Assembly: GCA_029976025.1 (NCBI GenBank)
Contig: JARKNX010000021.1
Location: 19,624 to 83,623, forward strand
Direction: 5' to 3'
DNA length: 64,000 nt
DNA from: Aggregatilineales bacterium
GTDB lineage: Bacteria; Chloroflexota; Anaerolineae; Aggregatilineales; Ch27
In this document: positions 38,990 to 49,331 of the stretch, one piece after another
Numbering within the stretch: the first letter of the stretch is position 1
Layout: each line of letters starts with the position of its first letter
Notes under the pieces: generated by a model
The model's database searches: none
What the model was told of the DNA's origin: nothing
The model's input: the letters and a program-made list of their open reading frames with translations, nothing else
Made by a program: the position numbers and the translations under genes

Positions 38990-40366
38990 ATGCGCAGCTT
39001 GTCGCGGACTGTCGTTCGCTTCTGGCGGGTTGTCGCGCTGCTGATCGTTGTGGCTGCGGTTCTGCCGCTGGCGGAAGGTGCGCTCAGGGAGACTCCGTCC
39101 GTCTCGGCTCAGGGGGAAGATGGGGTAGTTGTCCGCACTACTGACAACGTGCGGCTGCGGGCTGCGCCCAGCACGGCCTCCCGCATCTACGATGTGGCCC
39201 GGCGCGGCACACAGCTCACGGCGACGGCAATCAGCTCCAACTACCGCTGGATTCGGGTGACCTTCCACGGGCAGGGCGGCTGGATGGCCCGCCGCTATCT
39301 GACCGTGGTCTCCGGGGATGTTGCCGCGCTGCCGGTGTCCGATGAATACGTCCCGCCGGCTGTGGTCTCGGCCAGCCAGTACATGCCCGTCAACGCCGTC
39401 GTCGTCGAGGCCCTGCAGGATGTCCATATGCGCACCGAGCCGACCGCCGAGCCGGAAGGGATCGAGGGCCTGCTCAACCCGAACGAGAACGTGATCACCG
39501 TCATGCCCGCCGGGGCGCAGGGATCGGCGCGGGCGATCACGGTGGATGGGCTGTGGGTGTTTGTGCAGTGGAGCGGCTACCGGGGCTGGATCAAGGGCCA
39601 GTACCTGAATGTGGTGGCTGGCTCGCTGGAAAGCCTTGTGCCGCCCAACGTGGAATTTGACGCCGACGGCATTTACTTCGTCGCTGACCGCGCCTATGTC
39701 CTGCCCGGCGGTTGCACAATGGTCCGCTGGGCGGTGGAAGGATCGGGGTCGGTCAATTACAAGGCCCGCCGGGTCGCCAGCCAGGGTCAGCGCGAGGAGT
39801 GCCCCATCCAGACCCAGCAGTACAAGCTGATCGTCGTCCGGCCCGGCAATCAGATCATCGAGCGCACAATCACGATCGCCGTTGTGACGGCGAATGTCAC
39901 TTTCACCGCCACGCCAGATACAGTGGGCCGCGGCGGGTGCACGACCCTGGCCTGGAACACGACCGCCGTCTCGCGCGTCTTCCTCGGCGAAAACGAGGTG
40001 TCTGTGAACGGCTCGCAGCAGGTCTGCCCGCAGGAGACGACGAATTACGCCCTGCGCGCCTATACCGAAGACGGCAACCTCATCGAACAGTCGGTGACGG
40101 TCACCGTGATCGAAGTGACGCCCACGCCGTCGCAGTTCGTCACCATCAACTTCTACGCCGACCGGCTGCTGATCAACCAGGGCGAATGCGTGAATGTCTT
40201 CTGGAACGTGAGCGGGGCGCTGCAAGTGTTCTTCCAGGGGGCGCAGGTATCGCCGCTTGGCTCGCAGCAGTCATGCCCGACGACGACGACCACGTACGCG
40301 CTGCGGGTGTTCACGGTCGATAACCGGATCATCGAGCAGACGGTCGTGGTCTCCGTGAATCCGTAG
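38990..40366 (+). CDS. Exported protein with two SH3b-like and three Cys-containing Ig-like repeats
   Basis: Signal peptide; NVRLRAAPST..WIRV..GW twice; three F.AD...G.C...W...CP..T..Y.L repeats; TATAAT at 38915. Confidence 0.8.
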   Translation: MRSLSRTVVRFWRVVALLIVVAAVLPLAEGALRETPSVSAQGEDGVVVRTTDNVRLRAAPSTASRIYDVARRGTQLTATAISSNYRWIRVTFHGQGGWMARRYLTVVSGDVAALPVSDEYVPPAVVSASQYMPVNAVVVEALQDVHMRTEPTAEPEGIEGLLNPNENVITVMPAGAQGSARAITVDGLWVFVQWSGYRGWIKGQYLNVVAGSLESLVPPNVEFDADGIYFVADRAYVLPGGCTMVRWAVEGSGSVNYKARRVASQGQREECPIQTQQYKLIVVRPGNQIIERTITIAVVTANVTFTATPDTVGRGGCTTLAWNTTAVSRVFLGENEVSVNGSQQVCPQETTNYALRAYTEDGNLIEQSVTVTVIEVTPTPSQFVTINFYADRLLINQGECVNVFWNVSGALQVFFQGAQVSPLGSQQSCPTTTTTYALRVFTVDNRIIEQTVVVSVNP

Positions 40367-40434
40367 CCTCACCCCTCAGTCCCCTCGCCATTAATGGCGA
40401 GGGGAAGCTAAGCGGAGCGCAGCAGGGGTGAGGC
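40367..40434. repeat. REP-like nested palindrome
   Basis: cctcacccct/aggggtgagg enclosing cccctcgccatt/aatggcgagggg; same family as 18-66. Confidence 0.65.
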
Positions 40435-40624
40435 CGCGACAATCTCCGCCCGGCTTCTGTCTTTTATGCTGGCGTGCCGGGGCCGGGCGGGTTACAATAG
40501 GACAGGTTGGGACCGGAATTGGCGACCGCCTTTCGATGACTGGCTGCGGAGGAGGCGCTGTTTCCGTCCGCCGGTTCCCGACCACCCGCCTGATCTGATA
40601 CCCAACCGCCACCTGGGGGTCTGT

Positions 40625-42154
40625 ATGATCCAAATGCCTACCCTGGAAAGCCTCAATTTCGGCGTCGCCTTCCCGGCGCTCTCCCTCGTGATCGGCGCTG
40701 TCCTGCTGCTGGTCGTGGATGTGTTCCTCCCGGAGCGACGCAAAGGGCTGGTTCCCTGGCTGGCTCTGCTTGGCGTGCTGGTCAGCCTCGCTGTCTCCAT
40801 GATCAACTATAACGAGGTCGGCGAAGCCTTCAGCGGGATGTTCATCGCCGACCCATTCACCAGCCTGGTCAACATCATCGTCCTGATCTCCGCCGCGCTG
40901 AGCATCTTGCTGGCCATGGATTATCTGCGCCGGACGGAGATGGAGCACCGCAGCGATTACTACCTGCTGCTGCTCTTCACCACCAGCGGCATGCTGTTCA
41001 TGGGCGCGGCTAACGACCTGATCGTGGTCTTCGTGGCGCTGGAGCTGCTCAGCATCCCGCTGTATGTGCTCAGCGGCTTCCGGCGGCCAAACCTCAAGAG
41101 CGAAGAAGCGGCGCTCAAGTATTTCCTGCTGGGCGCATTCGCCAGCGGCTTCCTGGTTTTCGGCATCGCCATGATCTACGGCGCTACGGGCACGACCAAC
41201 CTGCCGGGTGTGTGGGCAGGCACGGCGGCCATCGTCGAATCCGCTTCGCCGTCGCTGTACCTGCTGCTGCTCGGCGTCGGCCTGATTGTGGTGTCGCTCG
41301 GCTTCAAAGTGGCGGCGGTCCCCTTCCACATGTGGACGCCGGATGTATACGAAGGCGCGCCGACGCCGGTCACCGCCTTCATGAGCGTGGGGACCAAGGC
41401 CGGCAGCTTCGCCGCCCTGCTGCGTATCCTGGTGGTCGGCCTGCCCACGCTGATTCTGACCGGCGCGACCTCGGCAGCCTGGGCGAACACGCTGGCGATC
41501 CTCGCTGCCCTGACCATGATCCTGGGCAACTTCGTCGCCCTGCGCCAGATGAACATCAAGCGTATGCTGGCCTACTCCTCGATCGCTCACGCCGGCTACA
41601 TCCTGATGGCGGTGGCGGCGGCGGGCGACCCGGCGGTGGGCAATCAGGGCGTGCAGGCGGCCCTGATCTACCTGCTGACTTACGCCTTCACTAACCTGGG
41701 CGCGTTCGCTATCGTGATCGCGCTGGAGCGCAACGACGGCACGGGCGGGCAACTGGACGACTTCCGCGGGCTGGCTTCGCAGCGGCCGGTGCTGGCCCTG
41801 CTGATGACCTTCTTCATGCTCAGCCTGACCGGCATCCCGCTGACGGCGGGCTTCATCGGGAAGTGGTATGTCTTCCTCAGCGCCATCAACGCCGGGCTGG
41901 TCCTGCTGGCCGTGATCGGCGCGGTGACCAGCGTAGTCGCTGCGTTCTACTATATACGGATTATCGTCAGGATGTACCTGCAGGAAGGCGACGCCAACAT
42001 TGGCACGTCTCGCCTGTCCTATACGCTGGGAGCGGCTATTCTGGTGGCCGGCCTGGGGACCCTGATCTTCGGCGTGCTGCCCTTCCTGGTGGCCGACCTG
42101 ACCCAGGGAGTGCAGATCGTCCGGACTATCGCGCAGATAGCTGGCGGCGGCTGA
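40625..42154 (+). CDS. nuoN: NADH-quinone oxidoreductase subunit N
   Basis: ALELLS, EEAALKYFLLG, FKVAAVPFHMWTPDVYEGAP, GFIGKW; start ATG 40625. Confidence 0.97.
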   Translation: MIQMPTLESLNFGVAFPALSLVIGAVLLLVVDVFLPERRKGLVPWLALLGVLVSLAVSMINYNEVGEAFSGMFIADPFTSLVNIIVLISAALSILLAMDYLRRTEMEHRSDYYLLLLFTTSGMLFMGAANDLIVVFVALELLSIPLYVLSGFRRPNLKSEEAALKYFLLGAFASGFLVFGIAMIYGATGTTNLPGVWAGTAAIVESASPSLYLLLLGVGLIVVSLGFKVAAVPFHMWTPDVYEGAPTPVTAFMSVGTKAGSFAALLRILVVGLPTLILTGATSAAWANTLAILAALTMILGNFVALRQMNIKRMLAYSSIAHAGYILMAVAAAGDPAVGNQGVQAALIYLLTYAFTNLGAFAIVIALERNDGTGGQLDDFRGLASQRPVLALLMTFFMLSLTGIPLTAGFIGKWYVFLSAINAGLVLLAVIGAVTSVVAAFYYIRIIVRMYLQEGDANIGTSRLSYTLGAAILVAGLGTLIFGVLPFLVADLTQGVQIVRTIAQIAGGG

Positions 42155-42180
42155 TACCCCGGAGATCTTGTAACGCGGAG

Positions 42181-42209
42181 AAGCGCCACCATGAGAGTGG
42201 CGCTTTTTT
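42181..42209 (+). terminator. Intrinsic terminator after nuoN
   Basis: aagcgccac/gtggcgctt stem followed by a T-tract. Confidence 0.8.
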
Positions 42210-42466
42210 GTCGGGCGCCGGGGGAAAGCGAAGCGTGGGGGATAGGCAGCCGGAAATTCGGAGCTGACGGGCTGCCAGATTCGCCGGAGAAGGATTTTCT
42301 GCCCGTTCTTTCTCCATGTCCTCCGCGCTCCCTGCGGCTCTCTGTTTTTCTTGTCCACTATTCGCTGCCGGCTGTCTGCCCCGTCCTGGCCGCCCATTGC
42401 AGATTAAGGTCTGTGGTGTATAGTGATATTAAGGGAGTATCGTCGTGAGCGTGTTCGGCAAATCCT

Positions 42467-44080
42467 ATGGATGATGGCATTAACATCCTGCTTATCGAAG
42501 ATGACGCCGAGTTTGGCCGGCTGGTCCGGTCCGTGCTCGCCCGTTCTGGCAATGCCTTTCTTGTGGAGCAGGTGTATCAGCTCAGCGAGGCCCTGATTCG
42601 CCTGGCGCGGGGTGGGGTGGATGCCGTCCTGCTCGATCTGCGGCTGCCCGATTCGCGCGGGTTGAGCGCCCTGGCCAAGGTGCAGAAAGCGGCGCCGCGC
42701 ATCCCGGTGGTGGTCTTGACCGCCGTCGATGATGCGCAGATGGCTCGCCGGGCAGTTCAGGCGGGGGCGCAGGATTACCTGGTCAAGGGGCAGGCTGATC
42801 TGCGCGGGCTGGGCCGGTCGATCAGCTTCGCCCTGGAGCGCCAGCGCGCGCAAGAGGAGCGCGACCGCCATCTGTCGCAGCTCGCCATCCTGCGCGACGT
42901 GGATGAGGACCTCACCCGCCGGCTGGATGTGGACTTCGTGCTGATGATGGCCCTGGACACCGCCGTGCGGCTGAGCCTGGCCAGCGCCGGCCTGATCGGC
43001 CTGATCGACAACGACGCGCTGATCATGCTCAAGAACATCAACTACGAAGCGGCGAAGGAACTCGACACGCCTATGCTCGGGCGGGGGGTTGTCGGGCGCT
43101 GCCTGCGCGAGCGTAAAGCCCAGCGCGTCCTGGATGTCACGACCGATCCGGACTATGTCGCCATCCTGCCGCGCACCCGCGCCCAGATTGCTATCCCCCT
43201 GATCTCGCAGGATCGCACTGTCGGTTTCCTCAGCCTGGAGACAACAGACCCGGTTCGCTTCACCGAGGAGACCTTCGATTTCCTGAAGCTGCTGGCGGGC
43301 CGTATCGCCACGGCGGTCGATAATGCCCGCCTGTACGAGACAGCTCAGGTGCAGCTCAGCGAGCTGCAAGTGCTGTACAACCAGGTGCGCGATCTGGAAC
43401 AGGTCAAGACCGACATGATTCGCATCGCCAGCCACGATCTGCGTGGCCCGTTGAATAACGCCACCCAGAGTGTGTACCTGCTGCGCCGGCTGAGCAGCGA
43501 CAGCCTGTCCCCCCAGGCGGAGTCCTTCATGGGCCGCATTGACGAGGCGATCGAGCGGATGAGGGCCATCACGGACGGTATCCTCTCGCTGGAACGGCTG
43601 GATGCTACCAGCGAGCTGCACACCGAGCCGGTGGACCTGTGCCGGCTGACGGAGCGCGCCTTTCAGGAGAATCAGGGACAGGCCCGGCTCAGGCAGCAGT
43701 GCTTTGCCCTGCATCTGCCGGCGCGCCCGCTCATCGTCCGCGGCGAGCCGGCCTTGCTCTACGAAGCCATGACCAACCTGATCGGCAATGCCATCAAATA
43801 CACCCCGGAGGGCGGCACCATCACCGTGCTGCTTCACCAGAATGTCCATACGGCCACCTTCAAAGTGGAAGATACCGGCTACGGCATCCCGGAGGATCAG
43901 CAGGAGCGCCTGTTTCAGCCGTTCTACCGCGTCCGCACGGCAGAAGTGGAGGGGATCGATGGGACCGGGCTGGGACTGCATCTGGTCCAGAATATCATCA
44001 CCCGCTATGACGGCCAGATACTTTTCAAGAGCGTCTATGGCGAGGGCAGCACCTTCGGCTTCCGCCTGCCGCTGATATGA
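42467..44080 (+). CDS. Hybrid REC-GAF histidine kinase
   Basis: LLIEDD..LLDLRLPD..YLVK; ASHDLRGPL; NLIGNAIKY; GTGLGL. Confidence 0.93.
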   Translation: MDDGINILLIEDDAEFGRLVRSVLARSGNAFLVEQVYQLSEALIRLARGGVDAVLLDLRLPDSRGLSALAKVQKAAPRIPVVVLTAVDDAQMARRAVQAGAQDYLVKGQADLRGLGRSISFALERQRAQEERDRHLSQLAILRDVDEDLTRRLDVDFVLMMALDTAVRLSLASAGLIGLIDNDALIMLKNINYEAAKELDTPMLGRGVVGRCLRERKAQRVLDVTTDPDYVAILPRTRAQIAIPLISQDRTVGFLSLETTDPVRFTEETFDFLKLLAGRIATAVDNARLYETAQVQLSELQVLYNQVRDLEQVKTDMIRIASHDLRGPLNNATQSVYLLRRLSSDSLSPQAESFMGRIDEAIERMRAITDGILSLERLDATSELHTEPVDLCRLTERAFQENQGQARLRQQCFALHLPARPLIVRGEPALLYEAMTNLIGNAIKYTPEGGTITVLLHQNVHTATFKVEDTGYGIPEDQQERLFQPFYRVRTAEVEGIDGTGLGLHLVQNIITRYDGQILFKSVYGEGSTFGFRLPLI

Positions 44081-44120
44081 TGCGCCGCGCCCGCCGGCCC
44101 TGTTTTTTACCGGATGGATC

Positions 44121-44149
44121 TTGGCAGTGGGCGATATCAGTTGTATACT
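44121..44149 (+). promoter_or_regulatory. Sigma70-type promoter for the ABC operon leader
   Basis: TTGGCA-17-TATACT. Confidence 0.6.
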
Positions 44150-44461
44150 GCTCCTGGTGTCTAATAAGAAGAGGTGTACCAGAAATATCAATGGACGACG
44201 GACCCGGTCATAGTCCCGGTTGTCGCCTGACTGTAATTCCCCGGCATTAGTTCCCTCTGACTACCTCCTCAGGTTATCGGGCGGGGGCGCCGGGCAGGTG
44301 GCGCAGCCGTCCTATTCAACCATAACGATCTGCCGACAATCCAGGGCGTCCGTGTTGGCCTGTGAAGGGTGGCAAGCCCTTCCGGCCACCTGATTGTGCC
44401 GCGCCGCTCCCGGCGTGCCGGTGCCCCGCGTCATTGGGCGGGAGAATCGCGAGGAGGTGTA

Positions 44462-46192
44462 ATGGCCTTACGTGAACGTATCTTTCGCGTCCCTTCCCGG
44501 GGCGGCGCGCTGTTCACCCCGGGCGACGCGGTGGTGCTGCTGCTCATTATTGTGGCGCTGTACGCGGGCGTGCGGCTTGCCCTGGATACGCCGGATGTCA
44601 TCGAAGGCCCGGCGATCACCCTCGATCCGGCGGCGTTGCCCTACTATACGCTGCTGTCGATCGGGCGGATGCTGGCGGCTTATATCCTGTCAATGGTGTT
44701 CTCCATTTTCTACGGGTATGCCGCCGCGCGTAATGCGCGCATAGAACGCTGGCTGATGCCCCTGCTGGATATCCTGCAATCGGTCCCGATTCTGTCTTTC
44801 CTGCCGGTCGTGCTGCTTGGCCTGGTGGCTATCCTCCCGCAGCAGATCGCCATCGAGCTGGCGTCCATCATCCTGATCTTCACCAGCCAGGTGTGGAACC
44901 TGACCTTCAGCTTCTACCAGTCGATGCGGACCATCCCCACCGAGTATCGCGAGGCTGCCGCGGTCTTTCGCTTCAGCCACTGGCTGCGCTTCAAGAATGT
45001 CGAGCTGCCGTTCGCGTCGATGGGCCTGATCTGGAACAGCGTCATGGCCTGGGCAGGGGGCTGGTTCTTCCTGATGGCGGCGGAGATGTTCACCCTGGGC
45101 GCGCGCGACTTTCGCCTGCCGGGGCTGGGGGCATACCTCCAGACCGCAGCGACGCAGGGCGATATGCAGGCCCTGGCCCTCGGCATCGGCACGCTGATTC
45201 TGGTCATCGTGCTGCTGGACCAGTTGATCTGGCAGCCGCTGCTGGCCTGGGCCGAACGCTTCAAGGTCTCACAGGTTGCCAATGATAACCCCGTGACGTC
45301 CTGGTTCCTGAACGCTTTGCAGCACTCCAGGGTGGCTAACTGGCTGAACCAGCGCACTTTTGCCCCTTTCAGCCGCTGGCTCGATCGGACCCTCAACCGC
45401 CCCCCGCAGTGGGTGGCCGGCCTGGAACCTTCGACGAGCGGCAGGCGTTCGCTGTGGGGATGGGTCTTCCTGATTGCGGTGGTGATCGGCATCAGCTTTG
45501 CGCTTGTCCACGCGGTGGGGTTGCTGTCAACCGTCGATCTGGCTGAGTGGGGGAAGATCGCCGTTGGCGCGCTGGCGACTCTGCTGCGCGTGATGATCGC
45601 TGTCAGCATCGCCATGATATGGACGATTCCGGTCGGCGTCCTGATCGGCACGAATCCGCGGGCCGCCGCCATCTTGCAGCCGCTCGTCCAGATCGCGGCG
45701 TCTGTGCCGGCGACCGCCCTGTTCCCGCTGTTGCTGATGGGCCTGCTCAGCGTACCCGCCGGGCCGGATATAGCGGCCATTCTGTTGATGCTCCTCGGGA
45801 CACAGTGGTATCTGCTCTTTAACGTCATCGCCGGAGCTTCCGCCATCCCCCGGGACCTGCAGTTCACCAGCGCCCTCCTGCGGCTGAAGGGCTGGAAGCG
45901 CTGGCGGACGCTGATTCTGCCCTCGTTATTCCCTTACATCATTACCGGATTAATTACGGCCAGCGGCGGCGCGTGGAACGCCAGCATTGTCGCCGAATTC
46001 ACCACGTTTGGCGGCGAGACCAGCCAGGTGACCGGCCTGGGCGCGGAAATCACCGCCGCGACGGACGCGGGCAACTACGCGGTCCTGCTGGCTTCTACGC
46101 TGACTATGGTGGTCCTGGTGGTCACGATCAACCGCCTGGTCTGGCGGCGCCTGTACCGGACCGCCGAGGATCGCTTCCGGATGGATCAGTAG
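44462..46192 (+). CDS. NitT/TauT-family ABC permease (duplicated TM domain)
   Basis: LDILQSVPILSFLP, EAAAVF, GGAWNASIVAE; RBS GAGGAGGT before ATG 44462. Confidence 0.9.
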   Translation: MALRERIFRVPSRGGALFTPGDAVVLLLIIVALYAGVRLALDTPDVIEGPAITLDPAALPYYTLLSIGRMLAAYILSMVFSIFYGYAAARNARIERWLMPLLDILQSVPILSFLPVVLLGLVAILPQQIAIELASIILIFTSQVWNLTFSFYQSMRTIPTEYREAAAVFRFSHWLRFKNVELPFASMGLIWNSVMAWAGGWFFLMAAEMFTLGARDFRLPGLGAYLQTAATQGDMQALALGIGTLILVIVLLDQLIWQPLLAWAERFKVSQVANDNPVTSWFLNALQHSRVANWLNQRTFAPFSRWLDRTLNRPPQWVAGLEPSTSGRRSLWGWVFLIAVVIGISFALVHAVGLLSTVDLAEWGKIAVGALATLLRVMIAVSIAMIWTIPVGVLIGTNPRAAAILQPLVQIAASVPATALFPLLLMGLLSVPAGPDIAAILLMLLGTQWYLLFNVIAGASAIPRDLQFTSALLRLKGWKRWRTLILPSLFPYIITGLITASGGAWNASIVAEFTTFGGETSQVTGLGAEITAATDAGNYAVLLASTLTMVVLVVTINRLVWRRLYRTAEDRFRMDQ

Positions 46193-46208
46193 TGTCACAG
46201 GAAGGTGA

Positions 46209-47525
46209 GTGATGAACGATCGAGTATTGTTGAAAGTTGACCATGTGACGAAGATGTTCGGGCAGGATAAGCGCCAGTTTGTGGCGCTGAAGGATATCAA
46301 CCTGACCATCCGGGAGGGCGAATTTGTGGCCCTGCTGGGGCCATCCGGCTGTGGCAAGAGCACCCTGCTGCGGATGATCACCGGCCTGATCTCGCCGTCT
46401 GAAGGCACAGTCTTTTATCGCGGAAAGCCGGTGCAGGGGGTTAACCCTTATGCGACGATGGTGTTTCAGACCTTCGCCCTGTATCCCTGGCTGACTGTGC
46501 TGGACAACGTGGCGCTGGGGCTGGAGGCCCGCGGCGATACGTCTAAACAGCGCTTTACGCAGGCCGAGAAGCTGGTCGATCTGGTCGGGCTGGACGGCTT
46601 CGAGAGCGCCTACCCGCGCGAGCTGTCCGGCGGTATGCGCCAGAAGGCGGGCTTTGCCCGCGCGCTGGCGGTCGAGCCGGAGCTGCTGTGCCTGGATGAG
46701 CCGTTCAGCGCCCTGGACGTGCTGAGCGCGGAAGCGCTGCGCGGCGAGTTGATGGAGCTTTGGACCGGCGGGAAGCTCCCGACGAAGGCTATCCTGATGG
46801 TCAGCCACAACATCGAAGAGGCGATCTCAATGGCCGACCGGATCATCGTCATGGGCAAGGAACCCGGCCATATCGTGACCGAGTTCGCGGTCGATATGCC
46901 TCACCCGCGGGATCGCAAGGATCCCCGCTTTGAGACGGCGACAGACCGCATCTACGCCGCCATTGCCGGGCATACGCTGCCGGAGGCGGACGAAGTTGGC
47001 GCGGCGCCCGGCAGCGAAGGCCAGACGCGTATGCTGCCGGACGCTTCGGTGAGCGCGCTGGCCGGCCTGCTGGAACATCTCAATGGCGAAGTGCAAAAGG
47101 TCGATATTTACAAGCTGGACAGCGAAGTTGGCCTGGAAATGAGCGAGCTGGTCCAGATCATCGAAATGGGGGAGATGATCGGCTTTGTGGTGGTCAAGGA
47201 AGGCGATATCGAGCTTACCCCGCTCGGCCAGGCTTTTGCGGAGGCTTCGATCCTCACGCGCAAGGAATTATTCGCCCAGCGCGCCCGGCGCCTGCCCATG
47301 ATCCGGTGGATCATGCAGATGCTCCACGCGACGCCCGGCAAGGAACTCCCGCGCAAGGTTTTCTACACCGCTCTGCTGCCGGAGTTCATCGACGAGCTGG
47401 CCGAGCGCCAGCTTGACATCGCCATCAACTGGGGGCGTTACGCTGAGCTGATCGACTACGACGACCGCGGCGAGATGCTCAGCCTGGCCGTTTCTAATGG
47501 CAAGGCCGTTGCCGCCGCGGGATAG
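46209..47525 (+). CDS. NitT/TauT-family ABC ATPase with C-terminal AAA-associated domain
   Basis: GPSGCGKS, LSGGM, LDEPFSALD, C-terminal WGRYAEL. Confidence 0.92.
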   Translation: MMNDRVLLKVDHVTKMFGQDKRQFVALKDINLTIREGEFVALLGPSGCGKSTLLRMITGLISPSEGTVFYRGKPVQGVNPYATMVFQTFALYPWLTVLDNVALGLEARGDTSKQRFTQAEKLVDLVGLDGFESAYPRELSGGMRQKAGFARALAVEPELLCLDEPFSALDVLSAEALRGELMELWTGGKLPTKAILMVSHNIEEAISMADRIIVMGKEPGHIVTEFAVDMPHPRDRKDPRFETATDRIYAAIAGHTLPEADEVGAAPGSEGQTRMLPDASVSALAGLLEHLNGEVQKVDIYKLDSEVGLEMSELVQIIEMGEMIGFVVVKEGDIELTPLGQAFAEASILTRKELFAQRARRLPMIRWIMQMLHATPGKELPRKVFYTALLPEFIDELAERQLDIAINWGRYAELIDYDDRGEMLSLAVSNGKAVAAAG

Positions 47526-47638
47526 GCGCGGGGGGACCTTTCTCCCGCTGTAAAAATTGCGGATTAGCATAGGATGTAAATGGGCGGCGGGTAGCCGCCC
47601 GGCGCCCTTTCTGTCCACCGAGTTCTGAGGAGTGGGCG

Positions 47639-48424
47639 ATGACCTTCCATAAAATTTCTGTGATTGCTCTGATCGCCGCGCTGGTGCTGACGGGGCTGGT
47701 TTTTGTGCCGCCCGCCCGGGCCGCCGGGCCGATCACGCTGCTTTCCCTGACCCGCTTCGTGTGCGCCGGGCCGTCGTTCGATTTCGTGATGGCCGGCGTC
47801 TTCGCTGCCGATGACGGCGGCGGGTCGGACCTGTTCGAGGTGCGCGTGCAGGATGGCGCCGGGGTCTTGCTCTACAGCGCCATCGGCTCCGCCGCTGCTA
47901 TGCCGGGCCAGCAGCAGGTCGTCGTTTCCTACACCGATGCTTCTGGCGCGACCCCCGATCCGACGGTCAACCCGATCCGCATTGAGGTCTACGACCGCGA
48001 TCGCGCCGGCGTGACCGGCCTGCTGGCCGCCGCTGAATTCAGCGTGATCTGCTTGCAGTCGGGCGTTGTTCCTTTGCTGCCCGCCGATCTGGTTATCGTC
48101 GGCCCGCCGGGGACTGCACCGATGACGGCGAGCGGGCTGCCCGTCCTGGCGCCGCCGCCAGGCCCGGCGCTGCAGCCGCCGCTCTCGCCGGCGAACGGCC
48201 TGCCCGCCCAGGCCCAGTTCAACGCCAACATGCGCGTCGCCCCCAACCGCCAGACAGGGCGCATCACCATTGTTGCGGCCAACACACCGCTGACCCTGCT
48301 GGGCCGGACGCGCAATGGTTACTGGGTGCTGGCGCAGGATATGTTCGGCAACGTCGGCTGGATCGTGACCGGGGCGCAGTCGGCCAACCTGGCCCTGATC
48401 GCGGGCCTGCCGCCGGTGCAATAA
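47639..48424 (+). CDS. Exported protein with C-terminal SH3-like domain
   Basis: Signal peptide (ARA-A); Pro-rich linker; NMRVAP...LLGRT..YWV...VGWI. Confidence 0.65.
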   Translation: MTFHKISVIALIAALVLTGLVFVPPARAAGPITLLSLTRFVCAGPSFDFVMAGVFAADDGGGSDLFEVRVQDGAGVLLYSAIGSAAAMPGQQQVVVSYTDASGATPDPTVNPIRIEVYDRDRAGVTGLLAAAEFSVICLQSGVVPLLPADLVIVGPPGTAPMTASGLPVLAPPPGPALQPPLSPANGLPAQAQFNANMRVAPNRQTGRITIVAANTPLTLLGRTRNGYWVLAQDMFGNVGWIVTGAQSANLALIAGLPPVQ

Positions 48425-48442
48425 GTGGGGAGAACGCGAGCT

Positions 48443-48513
48443 GCAAAGGCGCAGAGGACGCAAAGGAAAGACAGAGCAGTTTTTCTCTCCGCGTTCCCGG
48501 CGTCTCTGCGGTT
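48443..48513. repeat. CGCAGAG-type short inverted repeat element
   Basis: gcgcagaggacgcaaag...ctccgcgttcccggcgtctctgcggtt; degenerate relatives near 42309-42345 and 52615-52640. Confidence 0.5.
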
Positions 48514-48654
48514 TCTGTCTTTTCGCTGCCTGCTTTTCCGGGCGGTTTGATTCTTGGGTTTCCACCATGCCCCGTTCCAGGGGCATTTGCTCCTCCTGCC
48601 GGGCCGTACTAGAATGGGACCAATTGTCCGACCGCGCCGCGCAGGAGGCGCCTT

Positions 48655-49197
48655 ATGTCCGAAGACCCTCGCCGCACATTGTCTGACAGCCGTCACAAAC
48701 CGTGGGAGGAGAACCCCTCGGAAGAGTGGGCCTTCGCCCTGGAACATGCCGATCGCGGCGAATGGGATTTCGCTATCGCTCACTGCCGGCGGGCCATCAA
48801 CATCTGGCCGAGCTATTACGACGCCTGGCTGCTTCTGGGCGGCGTGCTGGAGGAAAAGGGCGCCCTGGATCAGGCGCTGGAAGCCATAGAGCGGGCCAGC
48901 GAGATCGCCATTCTGGAGCTTAGCCAGGCGTGGAACAACCTGGCCGGGCTGCGCCTGCTGCGGCAGGAGTGGGAAGAGGCGCTGGTGATCGATCGCATCC
49001 TCGACCTGATTGACCCCTCTCGCCATGCCATCATCCGCTACCGCATGGCTGTCGCCTCCACCCAGATCGGCGATCTGGAGTCCGGCTTCAAATGGCTGAC
49101 GGAGGCCATCGACTACCGGCCCGATCTGCGGGAACGGGCGCTGAACGAGTCATGGCTGGAGCCGTTGCACAGCCGCCTGCTCCAGCGTGACGGCTAG
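48655..49197 (+). CDS. TPR protein
   Basis: AINIWPSYYDAWLLLG, AWNNLAG. Confidence 0.8.
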   Translation: MSEDPRRTLSDSRHKPWEENPSEEWAFALEHADRGEWDFAIAHCRRAINIWPSYYDAWLLLGGVLEEKGALDQALEAIERASEIAILELSQAWNNLAGLRLLRQEWEEALVIDRILDLIDPSRHAIIRYRMAVASTQIGDLESGFKWLTEAIDYRPDLRERALNESWLEPLHSRLLQRDG

Positions 49198-49331
49198 GCA
49201 GCCTGACCGTTTCCTGATGTTCCCCCATCGACTGATCGACGATTGCGCGGCGGCCTGATCCGCCGCCATTGTTTTTCTGTACACTGCATATAGAGATTGC
49301 TGCAGATGAAGATCGTCGTGTGGAGGCTTCT

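Noticed and set aside
37255-42154. 2M-type complex I with an extra NuoM
   Set aside because: Only one nuoM is present; the gene between nuoM and nuoN is an SH3/Ig protein
34748-42397. Long minus-strand ORFs (742, 551, 424 and 668 aa) opposite nuoL, nuoM, the SH3 gene and nuoN
   Set aside because: Antisense shadows expected from high-GC codon bias; no recognisable motifs
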